Shown: positions 7,161 to 13,789 of the stretch, piece by piece
How positions within the stretch are numbered: position 1 is the first letter of the stretch
Layout: each line of letters opens with the position of its first letter
Source: Candidatus Hadarchaeota archaeon
GTDB lineage: Archaea > CAYQAE01 > CAYVLA01
Direction of reading: 5' to 3'
Length of the DNA: 13,789 bases
Assembly (NCBI GenBank): GCA_964621445.1
Contig: CAZUNO010000044.1
Span: 1 to 13,789, forward strand
Made by a program: the position numbers and the translations under genes
Notes under the pieces: model-generated
What the model saw: only the letters and a program-made list of their open reading frames with translations
Database searches by the model: none
What the model was told of the DNA's origin: nothing

Positions 7161-8954
7161 TTGGTACAGGACATCGCCCTAGTTCTGGCAGTACTTGCCG
7201 CTACCATAATCCTCTTCGTTAGCGAGAAGCTACGAGTAGATATTATCGCTCTAACGGTGATGATAACACTAGCTTGGCTTGGACTTGTATCTCCTCAACA
7301 AGCCCTGTCAGGTTTTGCAAGCAACGCGGTGATGTCCATGATAGGGGTCATGATTCTAGGATACGGCATCGATCGTTCGGGAATAATGAGCAGGATAACA
7401 AAACCCATAATCGATCTGACGGGGGAAAGTGAAAAACGTCTAATTGGCCTGGTTTCCAGCGTCGTGGGTCTGATGTCCGGCTTTATGCAGAACATTGGGG
7501 CCACTGCCCTTTTCCTCCCCGCGATGTTAAGGATATCCAAGAGGACGGACCTCGACCCCTCAAGGCTGCTAATGCCTATGGGTTTTGCCGCCATCCTTGG
7601 CGGCACTTTGACCATGGTTGGTTCCGGACCTCTAATAATATTGAATGACCTCCTCAAACAACAGGGATTGGAGACCTATGGGTTATTCGATGTAACCCCG
7701 ATAGGTTTGATCCTATTGGCATCGGGAATAGCGTATTTTTTGTCCATAGGAGGACACTTTCTCCCATCGGGAAAAGGAGGCCAAATCACCAAGGGAACTC
7801 AAAAGGATATTATGGATACCTGGGACCTCCCCAACACGGTTTTTGAATATGAGATCCCGGAAAACAGCCCCCTGGTGGGAAAGACCCGAGAGGAGGCCGG
7901 GTTTTGCGCAAATTATCAAGTAAATCTGATAGCCCTTGCCGAAGAGGGAGATGTGGTCTATGCGCCCTGGAGATATACCCACTTCTCCCCCCATCAGTTT
8001 ATTGCCATCCTCGGTGACGAGGAGGATGCCCAGTCACTGGCCCAGGACTTTGATCTGAAAAGGGTTAAGGACGAATCGCAATTTGAGGAGCTGAGAGAGG
8101 GAACCTTTGCCGGCTTCGCCGAGATAGTCATTCCGCCTCGATCATCGGTGGTCGGAAAGAGTATTCGTGATATCGCCATGCGAAAGAACCATGTTGTTGA
8201 GCCGGTAGTTCTACTCAGTGGTGAAATCGAGAAGAGAGGTGATTTCTCTGACAAGAAGCTTCAGGCCGGGGATGCGATGATAGTCCATGGCCGATGGGAA
8301 AACATAAAGGGGCTCGGGGAAAACCGGGAATTCGTTCTTGTCACCCCCGTGGAGGCCATGCAGGTAGGGGGCTCCCGAAGACCGGTGCCAGCCCTCATAT
8401 GCCTCATAAGTGCTTTGGCTCTGGCGGTGCTGGGCTTTCCTCTCTCCATTTCCCTTCTTACCGGGGCTGCAGGCATGGTTCTTTTTGGAGTTCTCTCCAT
8501 GGATGAGGCCTATAAAGCCATCGACTGGAGAGTGGTATTTCTTCTAGCTGGCCTTATCCCCCTTGGATTGGCCATGGAACAGACCGGGGCTGCGGAATTC
8601 ATTGCCAATGGGATGATGGGTCATCTCCAAAATGCCCATCCCCTACTGATACTCACGGCAATAGCCCTCCTGAGCACATTGTTCTCGCTTTTCATGTCAA
8701 ATGTTGCGGCAACCGTGGTTCTAGTGCCATTGGTGATAATTACGGGAAATCTGGTATCCATTGACTCGAGAGCGTTATGCCTGCTTGTAGCGGTTTGCGC
8801 CTCGAATTCCTTCATCCTCCCGACTCACCAGGTCAACGCCATGTTGCTTTCCCCCGGTGGATATAGCAACTCAGATTACATGAGGGCAGGCGGGCTGATG
8901 ACAATAATCTTCACAGCCATCTCGGTCTCTGTAATCTTTTTATGGTACATGTAA
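7161..8954 (+). CDS. SLC13/DASS-family permease with internal TrkA-C (RCK_C) domains; putative sulfate/thiosulfate or dicarboxylate transporter
   Basis: Two membrane halves with hairpin motifs SGFMQNIGA and SLFMSNVAA, GGTLTMVGSGPLII and SFILPTHQVN...PGGY..DYMRAG. The central soluble region has two TrkA-C-like starts, IPENSPLVGKT and IPPRSSVVGKSIRD. TTG start. Confidence 0.9.
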   Translation: MVQDIALVLAVLAATIILFVSEKLRVDIIALTVMITLAWLGLVSPQQALSGFASNAVMSMIGVMILGYGIDRSGIMSRITKPIIDLTGESEKRLIGLVSSVVGLMSGFMQNIGATALFLPAMLRISKRTDLDPSRLLMPMGFAAILGGTLTMVGSGPLIILNDLLKQQGLETYGLFDVTPIGLILLASGIAYFLSIGGHFLPSGKGGQITKGTQKDIMDTWDLPNTVFEYEIPENSPLVGKTREEAGFCANYQVNLIALAEEGDVVYAPWRYTHFSPHQFIAILGDEEDAQSLAQDFDLKRVKDESQFEELREGTFAGFAEIVIPPRSSVVGKSIRDIAMRKNHVVEPVVLLSGEIEKRGDFSDKKLQAGDAMIVHGRWENIKGLGENREFVLVTPVEAMQVGGSRRPVPALICLISALALAVLGFPLSISLLTGAAGMVLFGVLSMDEAYKAIDWRVVFLLAGLIPLGLAMEQTGAAEFIANGMMGHLQNAHPLLILTAIALLSTLFSLFMSNVAATVVLVPLVIITGNLVSIDSRALCLLVAVCASNSFILPTHQVNAMLLSPGGYSNSDYMRAGGLMTIIFTAISVSVIFLWYM

Positions 8955-8982
8955 GCTCTCCTCAGCACTGGAAGCGGGAGTA

Positions 8983-10416
8983 ATGATAGTACAACAGTTT
9001 TTTGTGAACGGTATAGCCCATAATTCCTATCTTGTAGGGGGAACAGAGGAGTGCGCCATAGTAGATCCGCGGCGAGACGTAGGTATATACATAGATGCCG
9101 CCCAGGCTCTGGATATGAAGATAACCCAGATACTCGAAACCCATCTCCACGCCGATTTCATATCCGGGCACATTGACCTTAGGGAGGTTACCGGAGCTGA
9201 AATTGTGGCCCCGAAATCGGCCGAATGCGAGTTTGAACATCAGCCGGTTTCGGAGGGAGATAGCTTTCAAATCGAGGAAATGAATTTCGAGGTCCTGGAA
9301 ACGCCCGGGCATACCCCGGAGCACGTTTCATATGTGGTATCCGATTCGGCTCGGGGAGAGGATCCGGTCGGCGTTTTTTGCGGGGATACTCTATTCGTCG
9401 GCGATGTGGGTCGCCCGGACCTTTTCCCGGGAAGGGCAGAGGAGTTAGCATCCAGTCTTTACGACAGCCTTCATGAGAAGCTTCTGCAGTTACCCGATTC
9501 TTGTGAAGTATATCCGGCCCACGGCGCTGGCTCCCTCTGTGGAAGGGCCATGGGAGCAAAGAGAAGAAGCACCATAGGGTATGAGAGGAAATACAACTCC
9601 CCGCTTCAGATAGATGATCGGGATGAAATTGTGGAGTCCCTGACAACCAACATGCCGGGTGCCCCCGACCATTTCAGCCGCTGCAGCGGCATAAATCGGG
9701 ACGGGCCGGCCCTAATTAAGGATCTCCCAAACCCTTCCCCAATCGACGCCCATGATTTCAGGGAGAGATCGGAAAGAAACGATACAATTGTCCTGGATGT
9801 CAGGAGTTATGATGCCTTTGGCGGTCAGCATGTTCCCAATGCCTATCATAACGACATAACTGGCAATTTCGCGACCTTCGCCGGATGGATGCTGCCTCCT
9901 GATTCCGAGATCCTAATCATAGCTTCAGACTCTGAACAAGCAGAAGAGGCAACGATGTGGCTTAGGCGCGTTGGATTGGACGGAACCCGAGGGTATCTTG
10001 ACGGTGGGATGCACTCCTGGAATATCGCTGGCTTCCCAACCAATCATGTTCCACAGATCTCGGTGATAGAGTTCCATAAAATGATTGACAAGGAGAAGGA
10101 GATGGTATTGGTTGACGTACGTGGACACTCCGAGTTCAAGGGACACCGGATAGAGGGTTCCATGAATATTCCAGCACCGGATCTCAGAACCCGACACGAG
10201 GAACTTGATCCTGAGATGCCCACGGTCCTCATGTGTAGCAGTGGACGTAGATCGAGTTTGGCAGCCAGTATCCTCAAACAACACGGGTTCCAGAATCTGT
10301 ACAACCTCGCTGGAGGTATGACCGGGTACAGCGCAGCCGGATATGCGCCAAAATGCAAGTTCTGTGCCATTCCCCACGGTCCGAGTTTCCTGGGGAAGGA
10401 GGAAATTGCAGCCTAG
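8983..10416 (+). CDS. MBL-fold persulfide-dioxygenase-like domain fused to a pseudo-rhodanese and a rhodanese domain (CstB-like)
   Basis: ETHLHADF, TPGHTPEH, GDTLFVGDVGRPDL and YPAHGAGSLCG. The first rhodanese domain (LDVRS...GQHVPNA) has no loop Cys. The second (VDVRG...HRIEGS...CSSGRRS...NLAGGM) has Cys418. C-terminal CKFCAIPHGP. Confidence 0.92.
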   Translation: MIVQQFFVNGIAHNSYLVGGTEECAIVDPRRDVGIYIDAAQALDMKITQILETHLHADFISGHIDLREVTGAEIVAPKSAECEFEHQPVSEGDSFQIEEMNFEVLETPGHTPEHVSYVVSDSARGEDPVGVFCGDTLFVGDVGRPDLFPGRAEELASSLYDSLHEKLLQLPDSCEVYPAHGAGSLCGRAMGAKRRSTIGYERKYNSPLQIDDRDEIVESLTTNMPGAPDHFSRCSGINRDGPALIKDLPNPSPIDAHDFRERSERNDTIVLDVRSYDAFGGQHVPNAYHNDITGNFATFAGWMLPPDSEILIIASDSEQAEEATMWLRRVGLDGTRGYLDGGMHSWNIAGFPTNHVPQISVIEFHKMIDKEKEMVLVDVRGHSEFKGHRIEGSMNIPAPDLRTRHEELDPEMPTVLMCSSGRRSSLAASILKQHGFQNLYNLAGGMTGYSAAGYAPKCKFCAIPHGPSFLGKEEIAA

Positions 10417-10440
10417 CAAGTGTTAGCTGGGGGTGTTTAG

Positions 10441-10959
10441 GTGCAATGGTTCGCCGCGGAGCAATGGTCGCCGTACGTTGTTGGCGCCCTTATCGGTGCC
10501 CTAAGTTGGTTTGCATTTCTTGTTTCCAATAAGCCGTTGGGGTGCTCAACCGCATTCGCACGTACCGGGGGCATGGTTGAGCGTCTTTTTAGAGGAAATA
10601 AGGTCCTTGAGAAGGCCTATTACCAGAAGTTCGTTCCAACCGTGGACTGGGAATGGATGCTGGTCCTGGGCGTTGTGATAGGTGCCTTCATATCTTCGAT
10701 GCTTTCCGGCGTTTTCGACATAAGATGGGTCCCTGACAGATGGATTGAAACCTTTGGGGAGGCAATAGGGCCCAGAATTATGGTGGCCCTCATAGGTGGA
10801 TTTTTCATGGGACTGGGTTCCAGGTGGGCTGGCGGCTGTACCAGCGGCCACGGCATTAGCGGCGCACTTCAGCTAACGGTTAGCAGTTGGCTAGCTGCCA
10901 TATGCTTCTTCGTGGGAGGAATAGTAACTGCGATGTTTTTTTATGGCTTTTGGCCCTAA
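10441..10959 (+). CDS. YeeE/YedE sulfur-compound transporter family protein (short, half-size type)
   Basis: WSPYVVGALIG, LGCST (Cys35) and GSRWAGGCTSGHGISG (Cys133), with about 4-5 hydrophobic segments. GTG start with GGGGGTG at 10429-10435. Confidence 0.9.
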   Translation: MQWFAAEQWSPYVVGALIGALSWFAFLVSNKPLGCSTAFARTGGMVERLFRGNKVLEKAYYQKFVPTVDWEWMLVLGVVIGAFISSMLSGVFDIRWVPDRWIETFGEAIGPRIMVALIGGFFMGLGSRWAGGCTSGHGISGALQLTVSSWLAAICFFVGGIVTAMFFYGFWP

Positions 10960-10972
10960 GGAGTGAGAATCA

Positions 10973-11530
10973 ATGCTAACAAACTTACATGAGAGAAAAG
11001 ACCTCCAACTCGTTTTGGGATTGGTCATTGGGATCGTTTTTGGTTTTCTTCTCCAGAAAGGAGGGGTGACTGTCTATGATGTCATCATCGGCCAACTCCT
11101 TCTTACGGATTTCACCGTGGTCAAGATCATGCTTACCGCGGTTGTAGTTGGAATGCTTGGTATATATGCACTGAGAGGTCTGGGACTTGCGGAGCTGCAT
11201 CCCAAGCCAGGTTCCGTCGGCTCATCCATAGTTGGCGGTTTGCTTTTTGGAGTAGGTTTTGCACTTCTAGGTTACTGCCCGGGAACGGTGGCCGGGGCGG
11301 TTGGTCAGGGGTCCTTGGATGCACTGCTGGGAGGCGTGGTGGGAGCCCTAATCGGCGCTTGGGTTTTTGCGGCTATATATCCAAAGCTTATGGATACCAT
11401 TCTGAATAAGGGTGATTTCGGCATGGTCACCCTGCCCGAGCTGCTGAAGGTCAACGCCTGGTTGGTGGTAATACCAGTAGCTCTGATAATCACGGGGCTC
11501 TTATGGTGGCTTGAGAGCCTAGGATTGTGA
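10973..11530 (+). CDS. YeeE/YedE family protein (second half-size partner)
   Basis: GIVFGFLLQKGG and GGLLFGVGFALLGYCPGT (Cys102). GGAGTGA at 10960-10966, 6 nt before the ATG. Confidence 0.9.
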   Translation: MLTNLHERKDLQLVLGLVIGIVFGFLLQKGGVTVYDVIIGQLLLTDFTVVKIMLTAVVVGMLGIYALRGLGLAELHPKPGSVGSSIVGGLLFGVGFALLGYCPGTVAGAVGQGSLDALLGGVVGALIGAWVFAAIYPKLMDTILNKGDFGMVTLPELLKVNAWLVVIPVALIITGLLWWLESLGL

Positions 11531-11549
11531 TGTAGATTACCTCTATGGG

Positions 11550-11909
11550 ATGAGTTTAGTGATAGAGATAGTTGAAACCGCCATAGGCTATGCGGCGATA
11601 TTTGCGGAAGCGATTGCCGCCGTGGTGATAATAGTTGGCGCGGTCCACACGCTTTGGATATACCTTAAATCATTTATCAAATGTAGAGACGAATCCAGGG
11701 GACTTATTGGAGGGAGAATAAGACTTGGACACTCACTTGTTCTGGGCCTTGAATTTCTTATTGCTGCAGCTATTTTAAAAACCGCGGTTTCCCCGCAGTG
11801 GAAGGATATCTGGCAGTTAGCCGTAATTGTAGGCATCAGGACCGTCCTGGACTATTTCTTAACCTGGGAACTGGAGAAAAGCGAGGAGGACCTAAACGAA
11901 ATGGAATAA
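11550..11909 (+). CDS. DUF1622 family small membrane protein
   Basis: RLGHSLVLGLEFLIAAAILKTAVSP.W....QLAVIVGIRTVLDYFL matches the DUF1622 pattern; 119 aa with about 3 hydrophobic segments. Confidence 0.85.
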   Translation: MSLVIEIVETAIGYAAIFAEAIAAVVIIVGAVHTLWIYLKSFIKCRDESRGLIGGRIRLGHSLVLGLEFLIAAAILKTAVSPQWKDIWQLAVIVGIRTVLDYFLTWELEKSEEDLNEME

Positions 11910-11990
11910 CCGGGGATTCTAAAGGCCATAGTAATTAACGACAAATACGCAGTTCCATACGGAAATTAAAGGCTTCTTGAGGTAATTGAG

Positions 11991-13049
11991 ATGAGCGGCA
12001 GTAAGATGACCCCATCAAAAAAGACCAAAATGCCTCCAGCAACACTGGTCTCAAGTAATGATATGGAGGTTTCGGATCTTCCAATGCGTTTAATTGATTA
12101 TCAGGAATCTGATGTGAAGGAAAGGTTAATCGAAGAGGTCGGAGAGGCCTCTCCGTTCAAATCTTCCCCAACCGTCACCTGGATAGATGCATATGCAGTT
12201 GGAGCGCAGCGTCTTGGGGAGATCGGACAAATATTTGACATACATCCCCTAGTATTGGAGGACATCCAAACCGACCAAAGACCAAAGATGGAGAACTTTG
12301 ACGACTATTTCTTTATTGTACTCAAGATGCTTGATTATGACCCGGAGAAGAGGGAAGTAACAAAGGAACATGTTTGCCTAATTCTCCGAGAGAATCTGGT
12401 AATGTCCTTCCAGGAGAGGGAGGGGGATGTTTTCGATCCTATACGGGAAAGGATAAGAACGGGAAAGGGCCGAATAAGAAGCATGGGGGCCGATTACCTT
12501 GCCTATTCCCTAATGGATGCCATTGTGGATCATTATTTCACAATACTGGAGAGACTTACTGATAGAATTGAGGATATGGAAGAGGAACTGATCTCAGATC
12601 CATCTCAAAAAACCTTAGCAACCATACATCGCTCTAAACGAGACCTAATTGACCTTAGGAAAGCAATCTGGCCATTAAGAGAGGTGATCGCCGGAATTGA
12701 GAGGTCGGAGTCCCCCCTTGTCCGTGAGGAAACCCTTCCCTTTTTCCGCGACCTATATGATCACGCCATACAGATCATGGATACCACGGAGAGCCTTAGA
12801 GACATGGTCTCCGGAATGCTTGACATCTACCTCTCAATCGTGAGTAATAGAATGAATGAGGTAATGAAGGTATTGACCATTATAGCCACCATATTCATAC
12901 CTCTAACCTTCATTGCCGGAATTTACGGCATGAACTTCGTATTTATGCCCGAGCTAGATATGAAGTACGGTTACTTCGGGGTGCTGTCCGTTATGCTCTC
13001 TATTGGAGCCATCATGACATTATACTTTCACAGGAAAGGGTGGCTTTAG
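11991..13049 (+). CDS. corA: Magnesium/cobalt transporter CorA
   Basis: HPLVLEDI..DQRPK, FRDLYDH, NEVMKVLTIIATIFIPLTFIAGIYGMNF and MPEL, with a C-terminal KGWL. GAGGT at 11979-11983. An alternative start is ATG 12007. Confidence 0.96.
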   Translation: MSGSKMTPSKKTKMPPATLVSSNDMEVSDLPMRLIDYQESDVKERLIEEVGEASPFKSSPTVTWIDAYAVGAQRLGEIGQIFDIHPLVLEDIQTDQRPKMENFDDYFFIVLKMLDYDPEKREVTKEHVCLILRENLVMSFQEREGDVFDPIRERIRTGKGRIRSMGADYLAYSLMDAIVDHYFTILERLTDRIEDMEEELISDPSQKTLATIHRSKRDLIDLRKAIWPLREVIAGIERSESPLVREETLPFFRDLYDHAIQIMDTTESLRDMVSGMLDIYLSIVSNRMNEVMKVLTIIATIFIPLTFIAGIYGMNFVFMPELDMKYGYFGVLSVMLSIGAIMTLYFHRKGWL

Positions 13050-13789
13050 CATTCAGGAAATTGCCTGCTAAGCCATTCATGTGCAAGCTCCTGGTTCAGG
13101 ACATGCCCTCCTGGATAACTGACATAATCGCATCTATCTCCATAATTGAACATATCATATATGCTGCGGAGCTTCTCGAAGGTTTTCATCGCGTCATTAT
13201 CATCCAGGCAGGGATCATCAACTCCTTTCTGGATCTGCAGTGGTCTGGGGGCTATACAACCGGCGATATCCACCATATCGAAATATCTTGGCCAGTCTCG
13301 AATCGAGTAACACTGGCAATTCCTCTTATCAATTAGCAGGGATCTAAATGAGGAAAGAAAACCGGCCGAAACGCAAGCGGCAATTCCCGTTTCCATGGCT
13401 GCAAGATACAGGGATATTTCCCCACCCATGGAGAGGCCCAATGTCCCAATCTTTCGATCATCGACCTCCTCCAGCTCCAAGGCTAGTTCGTATGCTAAAC
13501 GGGCATCGTATAGTCTGGCTGCAATAAGGGTCACTCCCAGAGCATCCCCTTCGATCGACCACTCCCTGCAAATGTTTCTCCAGTCCGGCCCTAACCCCTT
13601 GGTTTCCCTTTCCATATAACCGTATAGAATGGGAGCTATTACCCGGTAGCCGTACCTTGGCATCTCCATTAGATATGAGTAAATTCCCGAAAAGGGATCA
13701 TACCCATGTCCATGCAGGGTAATGAGGGTTATTCCATTGTAATTCCTGGGATCAAAAATCTCATATATGGGCTGAGAGTCCCATTGGCC
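13046..13789 (-). CDS. Alpha/beta-fold serine hydrolase (dienelactone hydrolase/acetylxylan esterase-like), 5'-truncated by the window edge
   Basis: The frame stays open from the ORF-track ATG at 13669 to position 13789 (GQWDSQPIYEIFDPRNYNGITLITLHGHGYDPF...), which adds the LHGHG motif. Nucleophile GLSMGG, IAPRPL..QKGVDD (acid) and YPGGH (His). Confidence 0.85.
   Translation of the reverse strand, partial: GQWDSQPIYEIFDPRNYNGITLITLHGHGYDPFSGIYSYLMEMPRYGYRVIAPILYGYMERETKGLGPDWRNICREWSIEGDALGVTLIAARLYDARLAYELALELEEVDDRKIGTLGLSMGGEISLYLAAMETGIAACVSAGFLSSFRSLLIDKRNCQCYSIRDWPRYFDMVDIAGCIAPRPLQIQKGVDDPCLDDNDAMKTFEKLRSIYDMFNYGDRCDYVSYPGGHVLNQELAHEWLSRQFPEC

Noticed and set aside
10414-10443. The MBL-rhodanese gene and first YeeE gene are in the same frame, separated only by two TAG codons (10414 and 10438), suggesting amber/pyrrolysine readthrough into a fusion
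   Set aside because: It needs two readthrough events, the YeeE GTG has its own RBS (GGGGGTG), and TAG ends 5 of the 12 genes at family-typical C-termini, so it behaves as an ordinary stop.
11531-13789. The right end looks somewhat more AT-rich, hinting at separate acquisition
   Set aside because: This is a visual impression only and the difference is modest; no integrase, transposase, tRNA or flanking repeats were seen.
1-13789. CRISPR array, tRNA/rRNA, IS element or selenocysteine recoding
   Set aside because: I saw no regularly spaced repeats, cloverleaf motifs or transposase ORFs, and TGA stops fall at expected protein ends.

Overview
A gene-dense prokaryotic window, most likely archaeal or from an anaerobe. 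This is inferred from the COG3294-type HD gene, the TIGR00341 gene, a Na,K-ATPase-like pump and GGAGG/GAGGT/GGTG-type ribosome-binding sites; taxonomy cannot be proven from this window. It holds 12 CDSs, mostly membrane transport and homeostasis genes, arranged around a divergent intergenic region at 7063-7160. The leftward (-) arm is HD phosphohydrolase, TIGR00341/DUF389 membrane protein, tandem universal stress protein and a P-type ATPase with Na,K-ATPase (P2C)-type ion-binding motifs; it converges on an MscS-family channel. The rightward (+) arm is an SLC13/DASS permease with TrkA-C domains, a CstB-like metallo-beta-lactamase/rhodanese protein with an extra C-terminal CxxC, a split YeeE/YedE pair, DUF1622 and CorA; it converges on an alpha/beta hydrolase truncated by the window edge. 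I found no RNA genes, CRISPR array or mobile element. The best leads are a compact sulfur uptake/persulfide relay without TusA/YeeD or a local regulator, a P2C-like pump abutting a USP gene, and a clustering of domain types associated with nucleotide second-messenger control of ion transport. All family calls come from motif recognition by eye; no database search was run.
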